This document shows, in pieces, positions 7,456 through 15,358 of a DNA stretch of 24,000 nt. The notes beneath the pieces were generated by a model. It ran no database searches. It was given only the letters and a program-made list of their open reading frames with translations, and was not told the DNA's origin. The translations under genes were made by a program, and so were the position numbers. Source of the stretch: an uncultured Verrucomicrobiae bacterium (GTDB lineage: Bacteria; Verrucomicrobiota; Verrucomicrobiia; Chthoniobacterales; UBA10450); NCBI GenBank assembly GCA_963846065.1, contig CAWJUP010000017.1:82048-106047 (forward strand), in the 5' to 3' direction. Every line of letters starts with the position of its first letter. Positions within the stretch are counted from its first letter, which is position 1.

Positions 7456-7965
7456 ATGCCGAAGATCTCACAGACGTCGGCGTTTAAGCTTTGTCAGGAC
7501 GGTAGTTGCGACGATCCCAAGAATGCTGCCGCCGATGCGATCGAATGCAAGAAGAGCGACAAGTGCAAAGGAAACGGCTGTTACTGCCAGTTGTTTCAGC
7601 GCGACCAGGACGCGAAAGACGATGAGCCGTGGGATGTCACGCCGGTCGACGGGTCCGGGGAAGCAAAAAAGAAAGGTGGCTTTGTTTACACTTGCCTTTG
7701 CGTCTCGCCAATTTTGCCGAAGGACTACACTGTTTGTGATAACCCGCTTTGCAAATTAAGCGATTCGCAGGACGCTGGTCATCCTGCGGAAGTCGAGTGT
7801 ACCGGAGATTGTAATGATCCGTGCAAATGCAGGTTGTTTGCCCTGAACGTAAAGCCGAAGAAGGCGGAGAAGAAAGCCGCGGTGAAGTGGGAGTTTGTGG
7901 CCGAACCTGGAATTAAAGTAAAGCGCGAGGGCGGCTATTATTATCGCTGCTTCTGTACGAAGTAG
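7456..7965 (+). CDS. Cysteine-rich hypothetical protein (16 Cys in 169 aa) made of two copies of an 8-Cys module; no signal peptide
   Basis: The ORF has an internal protein-level duplication. Both halves follow C-x4-C ... C-x(3-5)-C-x(3-4)-C-x-C-[QR]-L-F ... W-[DE] ... GG-[FY]-x-Y-x-C-x-C (residues 13-82 and 94-167). The DNA of the two halves has diverged, which argues for real coding sequence. Confidence 0.7.
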   Translation: MPKISQTSAFKLCQDGSCDDPKNAAADAIECKKSDKCKGNGCYCQLFQRDQDAKDDEPWDVTPVDGSGEAKKKGGFVYTCLCVSPILPKDYTVCDNPLCKLSDSQDAGHPAEVECTGDCNDPCKCRLFALNVKPKKAEKKAAVKWEFVAEPGIKVKREGGYYYRCFCTK

Positions 7966-7978
7966 CCGCGGCCGACCA

Positions 7979-8215
7979 TTAGTGGCCGAAGCGGCGATGC
8001 GGTCGGGAGTCTGACGGCGGAAGAAACCCCGAGCAACGGACACTGACGCACGAATCACTCGGGTCAATCTCATCGGCGAAGTGTCGCTCCCAGCTTTCCC
8101 GGGCGGCATTGCGCATGTGTCGGTAGCTATAATCCAACGCTTGCCGCAAGGCTTCGACGGCATCGAACCGCACCAGTCGCCGATCTGAAATAATGCACCG
8201 GCGACGCTCATTCAT
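7979..8215 (-). CDS. Possible small hypothetical protein (78 aa) downstream of the lipoprotein gene
   Basis: This is the part of ORF 7979..8455 that begins at the internal ATG 8215 (MNERRRCIISDRRLVRFDAVEALRQALDYSYRHMRNAARESWERHF...). It has no recognisable motif and is arginine-rich, so it could be a spurious frame. Confidence 0.3.
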   Translation of the reverse strand: MNERRRCIISDRRLVRFDAVEALRQALDYSYRHMRNAARESWERHFADEIDPSDSCVSVRCSGFLPPSDSRPHRRFGH

Positions 8216-8255
8216 GCTGAAAGTTACCAGCAGGAAGCAAGCCGACCCGATTCGC

Positions 8256-8693
8256 CTAATTACGGAACTGATGCCGGCTATGGGAAAGGTTGCCGACCAG
8301 AGTGATTGCGCCGGCGCGGTAGATGTAACCGCGCAACTTTTGTGAGCTTCGTTTGCTGACAAAAATACCGCCATCGCGGCCGACCGCACCCCCGCCGATG
8401 TGTTCGGAAATTTTGCCCGGCAAGCGGTAGTAATAGCCAATCTTGTCTTCCGCATTCAGTTCGTAAGTTCCCGCCGGGAAATGCAACGTGGCTATTTGCG
8501 CACCGGTATTGAGCTCGATGAAGCGGGGGACCGCGATTCCCTCACCGGGAGGAATCACCCGGGGGTGGCTGCTGCCGGCGCACGAAAAAAGGATGCAGGC
8601 AGAAAGAAAAAGCAAAAAGGGTTTGAGACGTTGAGGTCCGAGCCGGACTGGCGGTATGGAGAGGTGGAGCACGCGGTTCACGACCCTCCTCAC
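8256..8693 (-). CDS. Hypothetical lipoprotein
   Basis: 145-aa ORF with a signal peptide and lipobox (LLFLSACILFSCAG). Its ATG (8691-8693) overlaps the stop of the upstream DUF885-like gene (8690-8692) as ATGA, suggesting translational coupling. Confidence 0.65.
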   Translation of the reverse strand: MRRVVNRVLHLSIPPVRLGPQRLKPFLLFLSACILFSCAGSSHPRVIPPGEGIAVPRFIELNTGAQIATLHFPAGTYELNAEDKIGYYYRLPGKISEHIGGGAVGRDGGIFVSKRSSQKLRGYIYRAGAITLVGNLSHSRHQFRN

Positions 8694-10468
8694 TTGTCAC
8701 TCCTCACTTTCTTTACCGCTGTATCGTCATCCAGGAGGATCCATTCGATTACGGAAACCGGCAGACTTCCATTCTTGATCAAGTCATCGTGAAACTGCCC
8801 GAGCTTGAAATTGTCGCCTTGCCGATCTTTGTAGCGACCCAGCAGATTCATGATCTGCCATTTACCAACGATATAGCTGATTTTTTGAGTCGGACTTGAA
8901 GCGGCACCCGCCGCTTCGCCCGTGGCTGATTCCTTATCCAACCCGCCGCCCTCCATAAAATAGTTTACGGCTTGCTCGAAGTTCCATTTTCCGGTGTTCA
9001 GATTTACATCCACACCGATACGAGCGGCGCGATAGCGCGCCAGCCGCAAAACTTGCCCCTGACCGGGCGAGTTGTCGGGATAAAGACCCTCCCGCGCGAG
9101 CATTTCTTCGCCGTAGAGAGCCCAGCCTTCAACGAACACCGTGTCCTGATGTTGGCGGCGAATTTCGTCGGTCAGGTGGTTCGCGATCGACAATTGCAGG
9201 AAATGCCCCGGAATACCTTCATGCCCCAGAATCGGTCTCGGTTCTTCGATCGCTGCGCGAATATAAAAATTCTCGGACTTTGGATTGTAAGTCGGGATGA
9301 AATAGAAACCCGTCGGGTCTTTGTCGTAAACACCCGGTGGATTCATGAACCCGCCAGGGCTGGTTGGTTTGAATGCATCAGGCAACTGTTTGATCTGAAA
9401 CGAACCGAGATAATCCGGCAGCGTCACCAAATGATGTTCTTTCAGGAAATTAATCATCTCGGCCTCGCGACTTTCGTAAGCTTTCAGAAACGATTCCTGG
9501 TCCTGTGGAACGTTTGCGCTTCGTGACGGATCCGGGTTAGCCAATTTAGGATCAGCCAGCTGCGCTTCGAGCGCGCGATACCTGCCGAGTTCCACTCGTC
9601 CGATCATTTCCACTTCGGCGGCATCGAGCGGAAGAAGAAGAACGTGTTTGAGATAATAGTTGTAGTTTGCCGTTCCCATCGGCGCGAATTCTTTCATCGC
9701 AGGCGCTCGTTTTTCCAACTCGTCGGCATAACTGTGAAGGGCGCTGAGCGCGTCGTCGCGGGCTTTTATCAAAGCCGCGTGTTCGTCAGGGGAGAGCCCA
9801 ACGTCCAGCGTCATCAGGCTTTGATTCAGCAACGAATCGATTGATCTGGCCGATTCGATCGCGAACTGAGAATAGAGTTTGACCGGGTTTTGTAGATTAC
9901 TCAGGCCTTGTTTGAGTAGCCCCGGCATTTGTTTCAAGCGGGCGGTTGCGGCCAACGCGCGATTTTGCGGCGTGTCGTATTCTTTTTTCAGCAGAGAAAA
10001 GATCGAGTTGGTGCATTCCTCCACGTAGGTGTCCGGATTTGTCTGTTCCGGCTTGAGCACGCGATTTTGAAAATCGACTCCTTCCAATTGCGATCGAAAC
10101 AGAATGGCATCGATTCGATCGTCTTTCGTCCAGCCATCGGTTTTCATCGCTCGCACTTTGTCGAGTAAGGAGCGAACGTGTTGCGCGCGCTGGGCGATCT
10201 TTGCCGGTGAATAGTCGGTTAACTGTCTGTCCCAGGTGTGCAACCCGGCATCGCTGCTTGCGACCGGATAATTTTCGTTACGCCAGGCGTAGTAATCGTC
10301 AGCCAGTTTGTGCAGCGCGGCTGCACCCATCAGGCTTTCGGCCGGTCTGGTCGTGATCAATGCCTTATTCGCCAGGTTTGTTGTCCTCGGGTTCGGCGTC
10401 GGCTGGGCCTGCGTGGAAATGACACCGATCAACAGCAGCGTGCAGCGAAACATTAATTTTGCTTTCAC
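8690..10468 (-). CDS. DUF885-family protein (putative secreted metallopeptidase-like)
   Basis: The mature part shows the DUF885 layout and HEGIPGHFLQ (an H-E-x-x-x-H-like site). The start is ambiguous, either GTG 10468 (VKAKLMFRCTLLLIGVISTQAQ signal peptide) or ATG 10453. The ORF extension to 10687 would overlap the divergent racemase gene. Confidence 0.75.
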   Translation of the reverse strand: MKAKLMFRCTLLLIGVISTQAQPTPNPRTTNLANKALITTRPAESLMGAAALHKLADDYYAWRNENYPVASSDAGLHTWDRQLTDYSPAKIAQRAQHVRSLLDKVRAMKTDGWTKDDRIDAILFRSQLEGVDFQNRVLKPEQTNPDTYVEECTNSIFSLLKKEYDTPQNRALAATARLKQMPGLLKQGLSNLQNPVKLYSQFAIESARSIDSLLNQSLMTLDVGLSPDEHAALIKARDDALSALHSYADELEKRAPAMKEFAPMGTANYNYYLKHVLLLPLDAAEVEMIGRVELGRYRALEAQLADPKLANPDPSRSANVPQDQESFLKAYESREAEMINFLKEHHLVTLPDYLGSFQIKQLPDAFKPTSPGGFMNPPGVYDKDPTGFYFIPTYNPKSENFYIRAAIEEPRPILGHEGIPGHFLQLSIANHLTDEIRRQHQDTVFVEGWALYGEEMLAREGLYPDNSPGQGQVLRLARYRAARIGVDVNLNTGKWNFEQAVNYFMEGGGLDKESATGEAAGAASSPTQKISYIVGKWQIMNLLGRYKDRQGDNFKLGQFHDDLIKNGSLPVSVIEWILLDDDTAVKKVRSDK

Positions 10469-10495
10469 GCGACGAATCTTAATAGATGCTGCGCA

Positions 10496-11212
10496 ATGAC
10501 AAAGCTTAATCCGAAGATTCTCGGGTTGGTTGGGGGTGTCGGTCCGGAAAGCACGATCGATTACTATCGCTCGATTATTACGCTGTATCGCGAACGAGTC
10601 GGTAATGGCAACTACCCGGAGATCGTCATCAACAGTATTAATTTGAAGAAAGAAATTGAAATGGTTGAGCGAAACGAACTCGATCAATTGACAACCTATC
10701 TGGTCGATGAGGTGGAGCGGTTATGCAAAAGTGGCGCTGATTTCGGTCTGATCGCATCCAACACGCCTCATATAGTGTTCGACGAAGTGCGTGAACGATC
10801 CCCGCTTCCATTGATTAGTATCGTCGAGGCGGCCTGTGACGTAGCCAAAGCCCGCCACCTTCAGCGGGTCGGGATTTTTGGCACGACCTTCACCATGACA
10901 GGAACGTTTTATCCGAAAGTATTTTTGCGCGCCGGTATCGAACTCGTGCCACCCCGGCCGGATGAGCGCGCATTCATTCATGACAAGTACATGAACGAAC
11001 TGGTGCAGGGGATTTTTAAGGACGAGACGCGCGTGGGGTTGCTGGCGATTGTCGATCGCATGAGAAAAGAAGATCGGATAGAAGCCGTGATCCTGGCCGG
11101 GACCGAGCTACCTTTGATCTTGCGCAACGAATCGCACAATGGAATACCGCTCCTCAATACGACTAAGATCCACGTCGAAGCGGCGGTTGATCGGATACTT
11201 AGGCCGGACTAA
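10496..11212 (+). CDS. Aspartate/glutamate racemase family protein
   Basis: 238-aa ORF with ILGLVGGVGPESTIDYY at the N-terminus, SNTPH, and GTELPL near the C-terminus (the second catalytic region). This is typical of the Asp/Glu/hydantoin racemase family. Confidence 0.8.
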   Translation: MTKLNPKILGLVGGVGPESTIDYYRSIITLYRERVGNGNYPEIVINSINLKKEIEMVERNELDQLTTYLVDEVERLCKSGADFGLIASNTPHIVFDEVRERSPLPLISIVEAACDVAKARHLQRVGIFGTTFTMTGTFYPKVFLRAGIELVPPRPDERAFIHDKYMNELVQGIFKDETRVGLLAIVDRMRKEDRIEAVILAGTELPLILRNESHNGIPLLNTTKIHVEAAVDRILRPD

Positions 11213-11213
11213 C

Positions 11214-11285
11214 TGGGCGGTGAGGGTTTCGAACCCCCGACCCTCTCGGTGTAAACGAGACGCTCTACCACTGAGCTAACCGCCC
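11214..11285 (-). tRNA. tRNA-Val (anticodon UAC)
   Basis: The reverse complement is GGGCGGTTAGCTCAGTGGTAGAGCGTCTCGTTTACACCGAGAGGGTCGGGGGTTCGAAACCCTCACCGCCCA. It folds as a cloverleaf with a 7-bp acceptor stem, a D-arm (GCTC/GAGC), an anticodon stem (TCTCG/CGAGA) with loop TTTACAC, and a T-arm with TTCGAAA. No CCA is encoded. Confidence 0.95.
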
Positions 11286-11395
11286 ATCAAAATAATGAAG
11301 GGTGACAAATGACCAGCGATGAAGGGAGAGTCAAGCCAGCGCGGCAATTTTGTTGCGCCTGATTCGAAAGCTGGCATGAGTGCACACGGTCAATA

Positions 11396-11842
11396 ATGCC
11401 CGAGCGATACTACGATGATCTAAAAATCGGAGACCGGTTCGATTCCGAAAGCTTTCCGGTTACGGAGCGGGCCATCGTTGAGTTTGCCAGTCAATTTGAT
11501 CCGCAACAATTTCACCTGGATGCGGAATTCGCGACGCGAACGATCTTTGAAGGTTTAACGGCCAGCGGTTGGCACACCGCGGCGATCAGCATGCGACTCT
11601 TTGTGCGAAGATTAGGATTTACCGATGGCGCAATTGGCCTGGGTGTGGATGAGATGCGCTGGCCGACGGCGGTCAGACCGGGCGATGTTCTACGTGTTGA
11701 AACAGAGATTCTCGATTTGCGTGGGTCCAAATCGAAGCCCGATTTTGGGATCGTTAGGCTACGCAACACCACGCGCAATCAAAAGAACGAGATCGTCCAG
11801 ACGATGTTAGCCTCTGCCTTGGTGCGCAAACGCTCCAAGTAA
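11396..11842 (+). CDS. MaoC-like (R)-specific enoyl-CoA hydratase / hot-dog fold dehydratase
   Basis: 148-aa ORF with YYDDLKIGDRF...VTERAIVEFASQFDPQQFHLD...GWHTAA...PGDVLRVE, the typical MaoC dehydratase pattern. Confidence 0.8.
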   Translation: MPERYYDDLKIGDRFDSESFPVTERAIVEFASQFDPQQFHLDAEFATRTIFEGLTASGWHTAAISMRLFVRRLGFTDGAIGLGVDEMRWPTAVRPGDVLRVETEILDLRGSKSKPDFGIVRLRNTTRNQKNEIVQTMLASALVRKRSK

Positions 11843-11931
11843 GCTAGTAGGTTCACCTACACGAGAATAGAACAGATATAGTTAGGAAATAGCTTGCGCT
11901 AGCTCCATAGCTACACTATGGGGAACGGCCT

Positions 11932-12276
11932 ATGGACTTATCGTTAGCAGCTTTGGAACGGGCAGTGGGAATTCGGCGCCAGATTGCGGCTTTAGAGAAA
12001 CAACTGAATGGCTTATTCGGCGGCGCCGGCGGCGGAAAGAGCTCTCACCGCGACGGTAGTGGTGGGCGTCGGCATTTATCGGCATCGGCGCGCGCAAAAA
12101 TCGCCGCGGCGGCAAGAGCACGTTGGGCACGCGAGCGAGCAGGTCGGGGAGGGGCGAAAGGAAAAGCGAAATCTTCGGCCCGTCGCGGGGGTGGATTGAC
12201 GGCAGCTGGACGCAAAAAGTTGTCCGATATGATGAAGGCTCGTTGGGCGGCGCGCAGACGGGCCAAAAGAAAATAG
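11932..12276 (+). CDS. Small, highly basic hypothetical protein with an N-terminal coiled-coil-like segment and two A-R-W-A motifs
   Basis: 114-aa ORF. A related motif occurs twice: LSASARAKIAAAARARWARERAG and LTAAGRKKLSDMMKARWAARRRAK. The gene is preceded by an AT-rich leader with small hairpins (GTAGG-TTCA-CCTAC; CCATAG-CTACA-CTATGG). Confidence 0.55.
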   Translation: MDLSLAALERAVGIRRQIAALEKQLNGLFGGAGGGKSSHRDGSGGRRHLSASARAKIAAAARARWARERAGRGGAKGKAKSSARRGGGLTAAGRKKLSDMMKARWAARRRAKRK

Positions 12277-12277
12277 C

Positions 12278-13267
12278 TCAGCGATTTAAGAGCTTCATCA
12301 TTGCTTCCGGATAACGCGAACCGGCGAACGCGCCCAGGGGGACGACTTCGTCTATCTGCGCCAAATCCTCGCTCGTCAACGCGACGTTTAACGCGCCAAT
12401 ATTTTCCTGCAAATATTTGCGGCGCTTGGTCCCTGGAATTGGAACAATCGCATCACCTTGGGCCAAGACCCAGGCCAACGCGAGCTGTGCGGGTGTGCAA
12501 CGCTTCTCTCGCGCGACTTCTTCCACTCGCCTGACCAGATCGAGATTACGCTGAAAATTTTCAGCCTGAAATCGCGGCGTGGTCCGACGGTAATCGTCTT
12601 CCGGCAAATCTCCCGGTTTCTGGATTTTTCCACTGAGAAATCCGCGACCGAGCGGGCTGTATGGAACAAACCCGATGCCCAGTTCGCGGCAAACCGCCAT
12701 CACTTCAGTCTCCGGATCGCGCGTCCATAACGAGTATTCCGATTGCAGCGCGGTAATGGGATGGACCGCGTGCGCGCGGCGAATGTTGTCCGCGCTCGCC
12801 TCCGACAATCCGAGAAACCGGATCTTTCCCTGTCTGACTAAATCAGCCATTGCGCCGACGGTTTCTTCAATCGGCGTGTCCGGATCCACGCGATGCTGAT
12901 AATAAAGGTCGATGCAATCGACTTGCAGCCGGCGAAGACTGCCCTCGCAAGACTCGCGGACGTAGTGCGGTTTGCCGTTGATGCCGCGAAACTCCGGTTT
13001 GGTCGGATCGCGCATAATTCCGAACTTGGTGGCGAGAACGATATCCTGGCGGTGTTCTTTGAGCGTTCGGCCTAACAGCTCCTCGTTGGTGTGCGGACCG
13101 TAAACATCCGCGGTATCAAAAAAATTAATCCCAAGCTCCAAGGCGCGATGCAAGGTGGCGACGGATTCCGTTTCGTCCCGGTCGCCGTAGAAATCGGACA
13201 TCCCCATGCAGCCGAGTCCGATCGCGGAAACAAGCGGCCCACCACGTCCAAGTTTTCGTTGCTTCAT
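12278..13267 (-). CDS. Aldo/keto reductase (Tas/YghZ-like NADP-dependent oxidoreductase)
   Basis: Start taken at ATG 13267 ([28 protein letters not shown]...FFDTADVYG). The longer ORF to 13414 overlaps the upstream AKR gene. Confidence 0.85.
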   Translation of the reverse strand: MKQRKLGRGGPLVSAIGLGCMGMSDFYGDRDETESVATLHRALELGINFFDTADVYGPHTNEELLGRTLKEHRQDIVLATKFGIMRDPTKPEFRGINGKPHYVRESCEGSLRRLQVDCIDLYYQHRVDPDTPIEETVGAMADLVRQGKIRFLGLSEASADNIRRAHAVHPITALQSEYSLWTRDPETEVMAVCRELGIGFVPYSPLGRGFLSGKIQKPGDLPEDDYRRTTPRFQAENFQRNLDLVRRVEEVAREKRCTPAQLALAWVLAQGDAIVPIPGTKRRKYLQENIGALNVALTSEDLAQIDEVVPLGAFAGSRYPEAMMKLLNR

Positions 13268-13274
13268 CGGGTCT

Positions 13275-14177
13275 TTAAGTTTGGCCAATCCAGATTCGCG
13301 GGGCGACTTCTTCCCAGCGATGCCGAATCGACGCGAACTCCGGTTCGTCGAGCGGTCCCGCGTCGAGCAGCCGCGCGTTCGCTTCCCACCGCTCGGGTTT
13401 GGTGGTTCCGACAATCGCCGTGTGCACGCCCGGCACGCTCAGGGTAAAGCGAAGCGCAAGCGAGATTGATTTTTCCAAATCATATCCGCTCAGGAAATCG
13501 TAGTTTAACTTTCGCAGCCGCTCCCAATACTCGTGATGATACGAATTCATGGGTCGATGACCGGTCTTCCAGGCGACGTTCGCCAGCGGCCGTTTCGCGA
13601 TGACCCCAATATTTTTCTTGCGGGCGAGAGGCAGGGTCAGCTCGATCGCTTCCTGGTCGGCAATGCTGACGGACGTTTGCAAAGTATCAAACGCGCCGGA
13701 TTCCACCGCGTAACGTGCCGCGCGACTGTCTCCGCTGTAACCGATATACCGGATGTAACCCTTTTCCCGAGCGGTTTGCAGAGCGCTGATGGCTTCACCT
13801 TTGCCCAACTCGGATTCGGAACAGCTATGCAATTGCACGAGGTCGATGCGATCGGTCTGTAATCGTTGCAGACTCCGTTCGATACTTTCGAGAATCGATT
13901 TAGCGGACCAATTCGCTCCGCTCTCCATTCCGCGAGGATGCCCGCATTTCGTAAAGAGATAGAAATCATTTCGGCGATGTCCAATCGCTTTTCCGATTGC
14001 CTCCTCGCTGCCGCGATAACATTCAGCGGTATCGACCACGTTGAGGCCGGCATCGAGGGCGCTATTGAGGAGATCGCCGACCGTTTCGAGGGAAGTTGCT
14101 TCGTAGCCAATCTCGGATCCGCCGAAACCGAGGACGGAGACGTCCATATCGGTTTTTCCCAGGCGTCGTTTTTCCAT
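13275..14177 (-). CDS. Aldo/keto reductase family oxidoreductase
   Basis: 300-aa ORF reading [24 protein letters not shown]...[16 protein letters not shown]. It lies in tandem with the preceding AKR, with a 7-nt gap. Confidence 0.85.
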   Translation of the reverse strand: MEKRRLGKTDMDVSVLGFGGSEIGYEATSLETVGDLLNSALDAGLNVVDTAECYRGSEEAIGKAIGHRRNDFYLFTKCGHPRGMESGANWSAKSILESIERSLQRLQTDRIDLVQLHSCSESELGKGEAISALQTAREKGYIRYIGYSGDSRAARYAVESGAFDTLQTSVSIADQEAIELTLPLARKKNIGVIAKRPLANVAWKTGHRPMNSYHHEYWERLRKLNYDFLSGYDLEKSISLALRFTLSVPGVHTAIVGTTKPERWEANARLLDAGPLDEPEFASIRHRWEEVAPRIWIGQT

Positions 14178-14196
14178 GTTTCTTATTGCACGCTTT

Positions 14197-14227
14197 GTTG
14201 GAGCGGCGTCTGTGTCAAACGCCGAAC
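14197..14227 (-). repeat. Diverged copy of the hairpin sub-module found at 4476..4506
   Basis: The minus strand reads GTTCGGCGTTTGACACAGACGCCGCTCCAAC, against GTTCGGTGTTTGACACAAACACCGCTACAAC at 4476..4506 (27/31). The 9-bp stem is kept by one T-A to C-G double change and one U-G wobble. Confidence 0.7.
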
Positions 14228-14273
14228 CAAAAAAACAGGCGCCTGGCCCAAGCGCTTCTCCGACGCATGCGCG

Positions 14274-15302
14274 TCAAAATGATAACCGGGTCTTTCCGCT
14301 GCCGCGGGCGATGCGCCCGATGCGCTTTGCCCGTAGCATTTTGATGGCGCGTTTCGCGTTGTTTTCGGAAACAATCGCCACCATTCCGATGCCCATGTTG
14401 AAGACCTGATACATCTCCGTGCGATCGATTTTGCCTGTTTCCTCAAGCACCCGAAAAATATGCGGCGGCCGCCACAATTCCGTCTCGATCACAGCATCGC
14501 AATTTTTTGGCAGAACGCGCGGGATGTTGTCGATCAATCCACCACCGGTAATGTGAGCGAGCCCTTTCAGCATCGGGCGCGCCTTCGCCAGCAGCGGTTG
14601 ATAATTTTTGTGCACGCGAAGGAGCTCGCTTCCGACTCGACTGGCCGATCCCGGAAGTCGCGAGCTCGTCTTCAATTTCATTTTCTCGAAAAGAATTTTG
14701 CGGGCCAGCGAGTAGCCATTGGTGTGCAATCCGTTTGACGGTAAACCCAGAATGGCATCGCCCGGCTTGATTTTGCTTCCATCGATCATTTGTTTGCGGT
14801 CAACCACTCCGACGATGCAACCGGCGACATCGTATTCGCCTTGACGATACATCCCCGGCATTTGCGCCGTTTCTCCGCCGATCAACGCACAGCCTGCGGC
14901 GCGACAGGCTCGTGAAAATCCGGAGAGCAACTGTTGAAAAACGCGCGGCTCCAGTTTTTCACATCCGATGTAGTCCAGGAAAAATAGAGGATGCGCACCA
15001 AGCACGGCGATGTCGTTGACACAATGATTGACCAGGTCCGCACCGACTGTGTTGTGCTGGCCCATCGCAAACGCGATTTTCAATTTCGTTCCGACGCCGT
15101 CGATGCTCGCGACCAGCACGGGGTCGCGCATTCCGGGAAAGCTGGCGCGAAACAATCCGCCAAATCCGCCGATCTTTCCGAGCACGCGAGGTCCGTGCGT
15201 TTGTCTAACGAACGACTGGATACGCGATTTCAGTCGATTGCCCAAATCGACATCCACGCCCGCGGCGGCATAGGCTTTTTTCTTCTCGTCCACAGATTTC
15301 AC
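14274..15302 (-). CDS. purM: Phosphoribosylformylglycinamidine cyclo-ligase (AIR synthetase)
   Basis: 342-aa ORF with YAAAGVDVDLGN, DGVGTKLK, DYIGCEKL and GGETAQMPG, which are classic PurM motifs. Confidence 0.95.
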   Translation of the reverse strand: MKSVDEKKKAYAAAGVDVDLGNRLKSRIQSFVRQTHGPRVLGKIGGFGGLFRASFPGMRDPVLVASIDGVGTKLKIAFAMGQHNTVGADLVNHCVNDIAVLGAHPLFFLDYIGCEKLEPRVFQQLLSGFSRACRAAGCALIGGETAQMPGMYRQGEYDVAGCIVGVVDRKQMIDGSKIKPGDAILGLPSNGLHTNGYSLARKILFEKMKLKTSSRLPGSASRVGSELLRVHKNYQPLLAKARPMLKGLAHITGGGLIDNIPRVLPKNCDAVIETELWRPPHIFRVLEETGKIDRTEMYQVFNMGIGMVAIVSENNAKRAIKMLRAKRIGRIARGSGKTRLSF

Positions 15303-15358
15303 GGATTTTCGCAGACTGTTTCAGAATTCAATCTGGATTGAGCTGCGTAATCGGTGGA

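Noticed and set aside
8972-9526. 184-aa plus-strand ORF.
   Set aside because: It is antisense to the DUF885-family gene and is a shadow ORF.
11213-11395. tRNA-Val as a possible integration site for a mobile element.
   Set aside because: There is no integrase, no direct repeat of the tRNA 3' end, and no obvious compositional break on either side. The flanking genes are ordinary metabolic genes.
12278-14177. Two tandem aldo/keto reductases, considered as part of a novel pathway.
   Set aside because: These are common paralogous oxidoreductases with no associated unusual genes, so there is nothing to support more than a routine annotation.
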